DNA of 64,000 bases. It comes from Steroidobacteraceae bacterium (lineage in GTDB: Bacteria; Pseudomonadota; Gammaproteobacteria; Steroidobacterales; Steroidobacteraceae). Every line of letters begins with the position of its first letter. The stretch's first letter is position 1. The notes under the pieces were generated by a model that was given only the letters and a program-made list of their open reading frames with translations, was not told the origin of the DNA and ran no database searches. This document shows, piece after piece, positions 39,247 through 47,568 of this stretch. The translations under genes were made by a program, and so were the position numbers. The stretch covers positions 4,059-68,058 of the forward strand of contig DAITPA010000003.1 of the NCBI GenBank assembly GCA_036833805.1. The letters are read 5' to 3'.

Positions 39247-39620
39247 TTGGCACTCCCGTCGTTGGGATGCGCAAAGGCGTCGGACTCGTCCTCGTCTGCG
39301 CGCGGCGCCAGACAGGCATAGTCCTTCTCGACAACGATGCGCAAACGGACCTTGCCATGCGGCTGCACATGCTCGAGCGTCACAAGCTCGCTTGCGCACC
39401 ACTCGCGCGCTTGTGTTTCGGGTACCTGGATCTCAACCACACCGTTGTTGAAGGTTGCAGCAAGCGTGGCCACGGAGGCAGTGCGCCGCAAGCGATAGAC
39501 CAGCACGCCGTCCGGCGTAATGTGAACGCGCTCCTCGACAGTACCGCTGTGCGCCAATTGCTGCACTTCGCCGCGCGTCAAGCGCAGACGCAGCGAATCG
39601 CCCCGCACGCGCAGCTTCAT
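39240..39620 (-). CDS. hypothetical protein (126 aa), no family recognised
   Basis: ATG start overlaps the CitE-like stop (ATGA), and its TGA stop overlaps the GTG start of the dehydrogenase. The sequence is balanced and non-repetitive: [22 protein letters not shown]...[23 protein letters not shown]. Confidence 0.7.
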   Translation of the reverse strand: MKLRVRGDSLRLRLTRGEVQQLAHSGTVEERVHITPDGVLVYRLRRTASVATLAATFNNGVVEIQVPETQAREWCASELVTLEHVQPHGKVRLRIVVEKDYACLAPRADEDESDAFAHPNDGSAKC

Positions 39621-40516
39621 GTCGGCACCGCTGCGCGCGCGGCGCGCGCGAGGATGCGCTGCGCCTTAACAAGATGCGGCCGATCGAGCATTTGCCCATC
39701 GAGGCTTAAGACACCGGCATCAGGCTTGGCGGCGAAAGCGGCGATCACCTGGCGGGCGCGCGCGACTTCGGCGGGCTGCGGACTGAATGCCGCGTTGATG
39801 GGCCCAACCTGCGAGGGATGAATCGCAAGCTTGCCGGAAAAACCGTCGCGACAGGCGCGCGCGGCTTCGCGCTGCAGCGCATCGCTGTTGCGAAAATCTA
39901 CGCACACGCCATCGAACGCCGGCACGCCGGCGGCGCCGGCAGCAAGCAGACACATGGAACGCACAAGCTCGAAGGTAAAAGTGAAAGCCGCCGCGGCGTC
40001 GCGCGCGGCAGCGCCAAGCGCGGCAGACAGATCCTCCGCACCCCATGTCAGCCCCGCGAGACGCGCGTTCGCCGTGGTTGCATAATCGCCGAGTGCGAAC
40101 AGCGCCTGCGGCGTCTCGGTCGCAATGACGAGAAGCTGTGTTCCTCCGGTCGGAGTGCCGAATTTTTCTTCCAGCGCCGACAACAGACCGCCGACCGCCA
40201 CGGCCTCACGAGCGGCCGACACTTTGGGCAGCACGATGCCATCAGGAGCGCCCGCCATCACGATGGCGAGGTCATCGGCGAGCTTGCCGCTGGCGAGCGC
40301 GTTTACGCGCACCCAAAGTTGCAGCGCGGAGCGCTCTCGATGCGACGCGAGGAAGTTGCGCACACGAGTTCGCGCCTTGGGCAAGAGCTCCGCGGTCACG
40401 GAATCCTCAAGATCGAAGATGAGCGCATCGGCACCGCTGGTGCTCGCCTTGTCGTGCTTTCTGGCGTCGTCACCGGGTACGAAGAGCCACGAACGAATCG
40501 AGGCGACCGCACTCAT
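39617..40516 (-). CDS. HpcH/HpaI aldolase / citrate lyase beta (CitE)-like acyl-CoA lyase
   Basis: 299-aa ORF with RSWLFVPGD, WGAEDLSAALG and KLAIHPSQV. Confidence 0.85.
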   Translation of the reverse strand: MSAVASIRSWLFVPGDDARKHDKASTSGADALIFDLEDSVTAELLPKARTRVRNFLASHRERSALQLWVRVNALASGKLADDLAIVMAGAPDGIVLPKVSAAREAVAVGGLLSALEEKFGTPTGGTQLLVIATETPQALFALGDYATTANARLAGLTWGAEDLSAALGAAARDAAAAFTFTFELVRSMCLLAAGAAGVPAFDGVCVDFRNSDALQREAARACRDGFSGKLAIHPSQVGPINAAFSPQPAEVARARQVIAAFAAKPDAGVLSLDGQMLDRPHLVKAQRILARAARAAVPT

Positions 40517-40968
40517 GAGGAAGGCCTCTTCAGCATGAGCGCGGCGCGACGGCAGGAAGCGACCTCTGCACCCAGCTGGTTAAAGGCGCGCTGCTCGAAG
40601 GTCACGATGCCTGAGTCGGACCGCGAACGGCTCTCACGCTTGGCGAGCACAACCGTCTCGGCACGCAAGGTGTCGCCGATGCGCACCGGCAACGGGAACT
40701 TGACCTCTTCCCAGCCGAGGTTTCCCAAGGTCGTGCCGTAAGTCGTGTCATACACCGACAGTCCGACCAACAGGCCGAGGGTGAAGACGCTGTTCACGAT
40801 GCGTTCGCCGAACACCGTGCCCTTGGCGTATTCGGCATCCAGGTGCAGCGCAGCCGGATTCATGGTGAGGGCGCTGAAAAGGAGGTTGTCCGTCTCGGTG
40901 ACGGTGCGACGCACAGCGTGCTCGAATCGCTGTCCGACCTCGAATTGCTCGAAATAAAGTCCCGCCAT
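40513..40968 (-). CDS. MaoC-like (hotdog fold) enoyl-CoA hydratase/dehydratase
   Basis: 151-aa ORF. MAGLYFEQFEVGQRFEH...TETDNLLFSALTMNPAALHLD...GERIVNSVFTLGL is the typical single MaoC dehydratase domain. Confidence 0.85.
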   Translation of the reverse strand: MAGLYFEQFEVGQRFEHAVRRTVTETDNLLFSALTMNPAALHLDAEYAKGTVFGERIVNSVFTLGLLVGLSVYDTTYGTTLGNLGWEEVKFPLPVRIGDTLRAETVVLAKRESRSRSDSGIVTFEQRAFNQLGAEVASCRRAALMLKRPSS

Positions 40969-41097
40969 GCCGACCGTGCTCCTCGCCGGCTAGTCTAGCA
41001 GCGCGCACCGCGCGCGCGTCGGCTCATAACCGCAGGCCCCCGCCCCCAAACCAACGGGTATTTCATGCAAGGGGCGTTGCCCTCTATATTCAAGGGT

Positions 41098-42753
41098 ATG
41101 TATCGCTACGACGACATCGATCAGACACTCGTCGCCGAGCGGGTGGACGAATTTCGCGATCAGACGCGGCGCTTTCTCGCCGGCGAGCTCTCCGAGGAGG
41201 ATTTCCGGCCGCTGCGGCTGCGTAACGGCCTTTATATCCAGCGCCATGCGCCTATGCTGCGCATTGCCATCCCCTACGGACTGTTGAGCTCGACGCAGCT
41301 ACGCAAGTTAGGCGACATCGCGCATCGTTACGACCGCGATTATGGTCACTTCACGACCCGCCAAAACCTGCAGTTGAACTGGCCGAAGCTCGAAACGGTT
41401 CCGGACATCCTGGCCGAGCTTGCAAGCGTGCAGATGCACGCCATCCAGACGAGCGGCAACTGCGTGCGCAACGTGACCGCGGATCACCTCGCAGGAGTTG
41501 CCCGCGATGAACTCGACGACCCGCGGCCGTACTGCGAGATCATTCGCCAGTGGGCCACCCTGCACCCGGAATTCACCTACCTGCCGCGCAAATTCAAGAT
41601 CGCCGTGACGGGCTCGCCCGCGGATCGCGCCGCATCCGAAGTCCACGATGTCGGTCTGCACATGCGGCGTGACGCGGACGGCCATATCGGCTTCGAGGTT
41701 CTGGTGGGCGGCGGCCTCGGGCGCGCTCCGGCCATTGGTCAGGTCATTCGCGAGTTCCTACCGCTGCCCGATCTGCTGTCCTATCTCGAGGCGATCCTGC
41801 GGGTCTACAACCGCTACGGCCGACGCGACAATATTCACAAGGCACGCATCAAGGTACTGGTGAAATCATTGGGTGCCGCGAAATTTCGAGAAGAGGTCGA
41901 AGTGGAATGGCAGGCTGCGCAGGACAGCGCGCCGCATCTGCCGCAGACGGAAGTCGAGCGGGTACGCGCGTTCTTTGCGCCGCCGGCCTACGAGAGGCTC
42001 ACCGATATCGACGCCGCCGCTGATCGTGAGCCTGAATTTCGCGCCTGGTATCGCTACAACACGCGGGCGCATCGCGTGCCGGGCTACCGCGCCGTCGTCG
42101 TGTCCTTGAAGAAGCACGGCCGCCCACCGGGCGACATAACCTCGGCGCAGATGGCCGCGCTTGCGAGCCTTGCCGATGAAGTGAGCTTCGGGCTCATCCG
42201 CGTCGCGCACGACCAGAATCTGCTGCTCGCCGACGTGCGCCAGCAGGATCTGTATGCGACCTGGTTGGCGCTTCGCCTGCAGGAGCTTGCGACCGCCAAC
42301 ATCGGCACGCTCACGGACATGATCGCCTGCCCGGGCCTCGACTTCTGCGGCTTAGCCAACGCCGGCACGATCAGCGTCGCCCGCGACATTCAGAAGCGCT
42401 TCGATGATCTCGACTATCTCTACGATTTGGGCGAGATTGAAATCAAAATGTCCGGATGCATGAACGCCTGCGGACATCACCACGTCGGCCATATCGGCAT
42501 CTTGGGCGTCGAGAAGCACGGTGAGGAGTGGTACCAGATCACTCTCGGCGGCTCGGTGAACGGTTTTACCGCATTGGGAGAGGTGATCGGTCCGTCGGTG
42601 CCGCAGCGTGCGGTGCCCGAAACGATCGAGCGCATCGTCGATGTCTATCGCGCGCATCGCGACGAGGGCGAACGCCTGATCGACACCTATCGGCGCATCG
42701 GCATGGCGCCCTTCAAGGAGCGCGTTTATGCGTCGCGTGCTGCGGCAGCGTGA
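41098..42753 (+). CDS. cysI: sulfite reductase hemoprotein (nitrite/sulfite reductase family, ferredoxin-type)
   Basis: ORF 41065..42753. The ATG at 41098 was chosen (MYRYDDIDQ). Strings SGNCVRNVTAD, CPGLDFCGLANA and SGCMNACGHHH provide the siroheme/4Fe-4S cysteines. Confidence 0.9.
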   Translation: MYRYDDIDQTLVAERVDEFRDQTRRFLAGELSEEDFRPLRLRNGLYIQRHAPMLRIAIPYGLLSSTQLRKLGDIAHRYDRDYGHFTTRQNLQLNWPKLETVPDILAELASVQMHAIQTSGNCVRNVTADHLAGVARDELDDPRPYCEIIRQWATLHPEFTYLPRKFKIAVTGSPADRAASEVHDVGLHMRRDADGHIGFEVLVGGGLGRAPAIGQVIREFLPLPDLLSYLEAILRVYNRYGRRDNIHKARIKVLVKSLGAAKFREEVEVEWQAAQDSAPHLPQTEVERVRAFFAPPAYERLTDIDAAADREPEFRAWYRYNTRAHRVPGYRAVVVSLKKHGRPPGDITSAQMAALASLADEVSFGLIRVAHDQNLLLADVRQQDLYATWLALRLQELATANIGTLTDMIACPGLDFCGLANAGTISVARDIQKRFDDLDYLYDLGEIEIKMSGCMNACGHHHVGHIGILGVEKHGEEWYQITLGGSVNGFTALGEVIGPSVPQRAVPETIERIVDVYRAHRDEGERLIDTYRRIGMAPFKERVYASRAAAA

Positions 42754-43225
42754 GATCGTCGCCGATGACTGGCGGCATGTTGCGGAAAATTCCGGCGCGA
42801 CGACGCGCGCAGAATCGCTGATCGTACCGCTCGCCGAGCTACGCGCGAACGGTGCGGCGTGGGCGGCATGGACCGGACGGCTCGGCGTAGGTATCGCGCC
42901 AGCCGATAAAGTTGAGGAGCTTGCGCCTGCGCTGTGGCGCGTATCCTTGATCGCGGTGGAGTTCCCTTCGCCCTCCGAAGGCCGCGGGTTTACGCAGGGA
43001 CGCTTGCTACGCGAGCGCTTCGGCTTTGCAGGAGAGCTGCGCGCCGTGGGCGCCGGCGTCAAGCGCGATCTCATCTTCGCGCTCGCGCGCTGTGGTTTTG
43101 ATACGTTTGAACTTGCAGCCGGCGAGGATCTCGAAGCCGCCGCCCGCGCGCTTGATCGCTACACGGCCGCCTATCAGCCGGGTGCACGGCTCGCCTCGGT
43201 CACGCGGCAACGCTTTACCGCCTGA
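42728..43225 (+). CDS. DUF934 family protein (CysI-associated)
   Basis: 165-aa ORF. The ATG is preceded by AAGGAG (8-nt spacing) and lies 26 nt inside the cysI 3' end. IAVEFPSPSEGRGFTQGRLLRERFGFAGELRAVG is the conserved DUF934 core as I recall it. Confidence 0.8.
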   Translation: MRRVLRQREIVADDWRHVAENSGATTRAESLIVPLAELRANGAAWAAWTGRLGVGIAPADKVEELAPALWRVSLIAVEFPSPSEGRGFTQGRLLRERFGFAGELRAVGAGVKRDLIFALARCGFDTFELAAGEDLEAAARALDRYTAAYQPGARLASVTRQRFTA

Positions 43226-43240
43226 CAACGCTGCACACCC

Positions 43241-44215
43241 CTAGCGCTGCGGCAGGTCAGTGTCTTCGAAGAGCTTCGTAACCTCGGCCGCCGATGTGAG
43301 CCGATGAGCGCGCTCGACGAGGCGGCGGTCAAGATGCGGCGCCAGCAGCTGCGTGAACTCATACATGTATTTGCGCAGCAGTGTCCCACGCCGGAACCCG
43401 ATCCATGTCGTGTGCGCACTGAAAAGGTGTGATGCGTCGAGCGCCACGAGATCAGCATCCTCGCGCGCATCGATCGCCATACTCGCGACGATTCCGACCC
43501 CAAGTCCCAGGCGCACGTAGGTCTTGATGACGTCGGCGTCGCGCGCCGTAATGGCGACATTGGGCACAAGGCCACTCTTGGCGAAGGCTTCATGCAGGGA
43601 GGAAGGCCCGGTAAAGCTGAAGGTATAGGTCACGAGCGGATGATTCGCGAGCGCCCGCAGCGTCAGCCGTCCGGCGCTGGCGAGCGGATGGTCGCGCGGC
43701 ACGATGACGGTCCGTTTCCAGCGGTAGCACGGCATGATCGTCAGATCCGTAAAGAGGTGCTCGGAGCCCGTGGCGATCGCGCAGTCAATGCGATCCTGAG
43801 CGACCATTTCGGCGATCTGCTCGGAAGTGCCCTGATGCAGATTCAGGCGCACCTGCGCATAGGCGCCGCGAAACTCGCGGATGACATCCGGCAGCACATA
43901 GCGAGCCTGTGTGTGCGTCGTGCCCAGCGACAGACTGCCGCGCCCCTCATCGCGCAGCTCCGTCGACAGATCGCGGATGCTCTGCGCCTCCTGCAGAATC
44001 TTCAGCGCCCGATCGATGACCTGCTGGCCCGCGGGCGTGATGCGCGTGAGATTCCTGCCCTCGCGCACGAAGATCTGAAAGCCGAGCTCGTCCTCCAGAA
44101 GCTTGATCTGCTTGCTCACTCCGGGCTGCGAGGTGTGCAGCTTCTGAGCCGCGGCGGTGATGTTGAGACCGCTCTGCGCGATCGCGGCAAGGTAGCGCAA
44201 CTGGTGCAATTTCAT
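43241..44215 (-). CDS. cysB: LysR-family regulator CysB
   Basis: 324-aa ORF. MKLHQLRYLAAIAQSGLNITAAAQKLHTSQPGVSKQIKLLEDELG is nearly the canonical CysB/Cbl N-terminus. Confidence 0.9.
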   Translation of the reverse strand: MKLHQLRYLAAIAQSGLNITAAAQKLHTSQPGVSKQIKLLEDELGFQIFVREGRNLTRITPAGQQVIDRALKILQEAQSIRDLSTELRDEGRGSLSLGTTHTQARYVLPDVIREFRGAYAQVRLNLHQGTSEQIAEMVAQDRIDCAIATGSEHLFTDLTIMPCYRWKRTVIVPRDHPLASAGRLTLRALANHPLVTYTFSFTGPSSLHEAFAKSGLVPNVAITARDADVIKTYVRLGLGVGIVASMAIDAREDADLVALDASHLFSAHTTWIGFRRGTLLRKYMYEFTQLLAPHLDRRLVERAHRLTSAAEVTKLFEDTDLPQR

Positions 44216-44363
44216 CCGGGCCCTGCCTTGATCGTCTCACGTCGCGGAGCGCGCAAGCGTAGCGCAAAGCCGCCAGGAGATCGTAACCAGATAACCAGCG
44301 CGCACTCCTTAAGAAGCAATGGTTCGTTCCGGGATGCGCGCAGCGTCCGTATATTTCCAGACT

Positions 44364-45092
44364 ATGGGAGACGTACTCAGCCTCGATCTTGAGCACAAGG
44401 CCGCCGCGCTTCGCCAGTTCCTGGGCGCGGCAGTTCGCGAGCACGGGCGCGTGGTGTACGCCAGCAGCTTGGGCGCCGAAGCCATGGTGCTGACCGACAT
44501 CATTGCCACGCACCTGCCCGAGATCGACATCTTCAGCATCGACACCGGCCGTCTGCCCGAGGAAACCTACGAGCTTCTGGCGCGGCTCGATACGCGCTAT
44601 GGAGCGCGCATCCGCCTCGTCTATCCCGATTCAATGGGCCTGCAGGCGCTTGTCAGCGCGCAGGGCATTAATGGTTTTCAGGGCAGTGTTGGTGCGCGCA
44701 TGTCGTGCTGCCAGGCACGCAAAGTTGAGCCCTTCAAGCGCGCGATCGAGGGCTTTCGCGCCTGGGTCACGGGCGTGCGGCGCGAGCAGTCGCCGCTGCG
44801 CGCGCAGGGTAACGCCGAAGTGTGGGACGCGGAGTATGGACTTTATAAGTTAAGCCCGCTCCTTGATTGGACCGAGGCGCAGATCTGGCAGTACATCCAT
44901 GCGCGCCAGCTTCCCTACAACGCGCTGCACGATCGACGGTACCCGAGCATCGGCTGCGCGCCGTGCACGCGGTCGGTCGAGCCGGGCGAGGATTGGCGCT
45001 CGGGCCGTTGGTGGTGGGAGGAGTCTCAGGCGCGTGAGTGCGGGTTGCATCCGGGCGTGCGCCACGCCCAAGTCGCGGGCGTTTCACGCTAG
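44364..45092 (+). CDS. cysH: adenylylsulfate/phosphoadenylylsulfate reductase, Fe-S (APS reductase) type
   Basis: ORF 44319..45092. The ATG at 44364 was chosen. Strings FSIDTGRLPEETY, the Cys pair SCCQARKVEP, CAPCT and the C-terminal ECGLH are present. Confidence 0.9.
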   Translation: MGDVLSLDLEHKAAALRQFLGAAVREHGRVVYASSLGAEAMVLTDIIATHLPEIDIFSIDTGRLPEETYELLARLDTRYGARIRLVYPDSMGLQALVSAQGINGFQGSVGARMSCCQARKVEPFKRAIEGFRAWVTGVRREQSPLRAQGNAEVWDAEYGLYKLSPLLDWTEAQIWQYIHARQLPYNALHDRRYPSIGCAPCTRSVEPGEDWRSGRWWWEESQARECGLHPGVRHAQVAGVSR

Positions 45093-45103
45093 ACGAGGTT
45101 CGT

Positions 45104-46525
45104 ATGGATTACTTGCCGATATTCATCGCCATCAAGGATCAGCCGGCGGTCGTCGTCGGCGGCGGTCAGGTCGCGCATCGCAAAGTCGAATGGTTGCTCG
45201 CAGCGCAGGCGCGCGTAACGGTCGTGGCGCCGCGCCTCGACGCGGAGCTCGCCGAGCTTGTCGGTCGCGGCGCGGTCACCCACATCGCCGCGTGTTTCGC
45301 GCCTGAACAGCTGCGCCATGCGTCGCTTGCGATCGCGGCGACCGATTCGCCCGAGGTCAATGCGGCGGTTGCCCGGGTGGCGCGCATGACGCGCGTGCCG
45401 GTCAACGTCGTCGATAGCCCGGAGCTTTCGAGCTTCATCTTTCCGGCCATCATCGATCGCTCCCCGGTCATCGTCGCGGTCGGCTCCGGCGGGCGCGCGC
45501 CGCTTCTGGTGCGGCGCGTGCGCGCGCAGATCGAGGCACTGTTGCCGGCAAAGTTGGGCGCGTTGGCGCGCTTCATGGGAGAGCGGCGTGCGGCCGTGAA
45601 GCAGGCTCTCACGCCGGGCGTGCGCCGGGGTTTCTGGGAACGCATCATTGGCGGCGCCGTCGGCTCGCAAGTGCTCGCCGGCGAGGAAGCGCGCGCGCAT
45701 GAAGCGTTTGCCGAAGAGCTGTCGGTATCGGCCGCGCCGGCGCCGCGCGGTGAGGTGTATCTCATCGGTGCGGGTCCGGGAGATCCGGATCTACTGACGC
45801 TGCGCGCCGTGCAGCTGCTGCAGCAGGCCGACGTCGTACTCTATGATCGCCTGGTATCGGATGCGGTATTGGCACGCGCCCGCCGCGATGCGCAGCGCAT
45901 CTTTGTCGGTAAAGAGGCTGGCGATCCGCAGACGGCGCAGGCGCGCATCCACGAGCTTTTGATTCACTATGCGCGCGCCGGCTTGCGCGTCGCGCGCCTG
46001 AAGGGCGGCGATCCGTTCATATTTGGCCGCGGCGGCGAAGAGATCGAGGCGCTCGCGGCGGCTGGCATTGGCTACGTCATCGTGCCCGGAATAACCGCGG
46101 CGCTAGGCGCGGCGGCTGCAGCGGGGATTCCGCTGACCCACAGAAAGCTTGCGCACAGCGTAACTTTCGCAGCCGGCCACGCGCTTGATGACGAAGCGCT
46201 TGATTGGGACTCGCTCGCGCGGCCCAACCATACGGTTGTCTTTTATATGGGCGTCACGCATCTGTCACGAATCATCGCGCGCCTGCGCACATCCGGTGCG
46301 AGCGCCGATCATCCGGCTGCGATCATCGAGCGGGCGACGTTACCGGAGCAACGCGTCTTGAGCGGCACGCTCGCAAGTCTCGAATCCCTGGCGGCAGACG
46401 CCGCCATTGCTGCGCCCGCTTTGCTGATCGTGGGCGAAGTGGCTACCTTTGCAGGCGCACGCCGCGCGCTTGGCGCGCTCGATACGCTCGCGAACACCAC
46501 CACGCCGCGTGAGGTTGCTGCTTGA
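45104..46525 (+). CDS. cysG: siroheme synthase (uroporphyrinogen-III methyltransferase / precorrin-2 dehydrogenase / ferrochelatase)
   Basis: ORF 45038..46525. The ATG at 45104 was chosen (MDYLPIFIAIKDQ). It has the N-terminal Rossmann VVVGGGQVAHRKVEWLL and the methylase domain VYLIGAGPGDPDLLTLRA. Confidence 0.9.
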   Translation: MDYLPIFIAIKDQPAVVVGGGQVAHRKVEWLLAAQARVTVVAPRLDAELAELVGRGAVTHIAACFAPEQLRHASLAIAATDSPEVNAAVARVARMTRVPVNVVDSPELSSFIFPAIIDRSPVIVAVGSGGRAPLLVRRVRAQIEALLPAKLGALARFMGERRAAVKQALTPGVRRGFWERIIGGAVGSQVLAGEEARAHEAFAEELSVSAAPAPRGEVYLIGAGPGDPDLLTLRAVQLLQQADVVLYDRLVSDAVLARARRDAQRIFVGKEAGDPQTAQARIHELLIHYARAGLRVARLKGGDPFIFGRGGEEIEALAAAGIGYVIVPGITAALGAAAAAGIPLTHRKLAHSVTFAAGHALDDEALDWDSLARPNHTVVFYMGVTHLSRIIARLRTSGASADHPAAIIERATLPEQRVLSGTLASLESLAADAAIAAPALLIVGEVATFAGARRALGALDTLANTTTPREVAA

Positions 46526-47568
46526 GTGATGAGTCCGGCTCCGGCATTCGCGCGGGCTTTTCCGGAGCGATAGGCAACACGCCCCTTATCCGCCTGCAGC
46601 GGATCAGCGCGGAGACCGGCTGCGAAATCCTTGGCAAGGCCGAGTTCATGAATCCCGGCGGCTCGGTCAAAGATCGCGCTGCGCTCGCCATCCTCACCGC
46701 GGCCGAACGGCGCGCTGAGCTCGAGCCGGGCGGCACAGTTGTCGAAGGCACCGCCGGCAATACCGGGATCGGACTTGCGCACCTGTGCAACGAACGCGGT
46801 TATCGTTGCGTGATCGTGATGCCCGACAATCAGTCGCCGGCGAAATATCAGATTTTGGACATGCTCGGCGCCGAGGTGCACCGCGTCCCGGCAGTGCCCT
46901 ACAGCAATCCCAATCAATACCAGAAGGTTGCCGCGCGACTTGCGGCGCAGCTCCGCGGTGCCATCTGGTCGAACCAGTTCGACAACATCGCCAATCGCGA
47001 GATCCATCTCACGACCACTGGTCCTGAGATCTGGACGCAGACGGCCGGGCGCGTCGATGCGTTCGTCGCGGCGAGCGGCACCGGCGGCACCTTCTCCGGC
47101 GTGTCGGAATATTTGAAGTCGCGCCGCCGAACGATCCGCTGCGTGCTCGCCGACCCGCCCGGCAGCCATCTCTTTGAGTACGTGCGCCACGGCACGTTGA
47201 AGGCGACCGGCACGGGCTCGATCACCGAAGGCATCGGCATCGCGCGCATCACGGCGAATCTGGCGCTCGCGCGCATTGATGATGCCGTGCACGTTGAGGA
47301 TGCGGAGACCGTGCGCTTCGTGTATCGATTGTTGAATGAGGAGGGCCTGTTCCTCGGCAGCACGAGCGGCCTCAATGTCGCAGCCGCTGTCAGAGTCGCG
47401 CGCGAGCTTGGGCCCGGACATACGATCGTGACGGTGCTGTGCGACGGGGGCGCCAACTATCAAGCGCGTCTTTTCAATCCCGAGTGGCTCGAAGCGAAGG
47501 GCCTCGCAGCGGCTGCCGCGCAACACGCGCGGTCGCGTCTTACTTTGGAGAACGCTCTTGTCGCCTGA
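46522..47568 (+). CDS. cysteine synthase / cystathionine beta-synthase family PLP enzyme
   Basis: 348-aa ORF with a TTG start overlapping the cysG stop. Strings GNTPLIRL, NPGGSVKDRAAL, GTAGNTGIGLA and SGTGGTFSG are present. Confidence 0.85.
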   Translation: MSDESGSGIRAGFSGAIGNTPLIRLQRISAETGCEILGKAEFMNPGGSVKDRAALAILTAAERRAELEPGGTVVEGTAGNTGIGLAHLCNERGYRCVIVMPDNQSPAKYQILDMLGAEVHRVPAVPYSNPNQYQKVAARLAAQLRGAIWSNQFDNIANREIHLTTTGPEIWTQTAGRVDAFVAASGTGGTFSGVSEYLKSRRRTIRCVLADPPGSHLFEYVRHGTLKATGTGSITEGIGIARITANLALARIDDAVHVEDAETVRFVYRLLNEEGLFLGSTSGLNVAAAVRVARELGPGHTIVTVLCDGGANYQARLFNPEWLEAKGLAAAAAQHARSRLTLENALVA

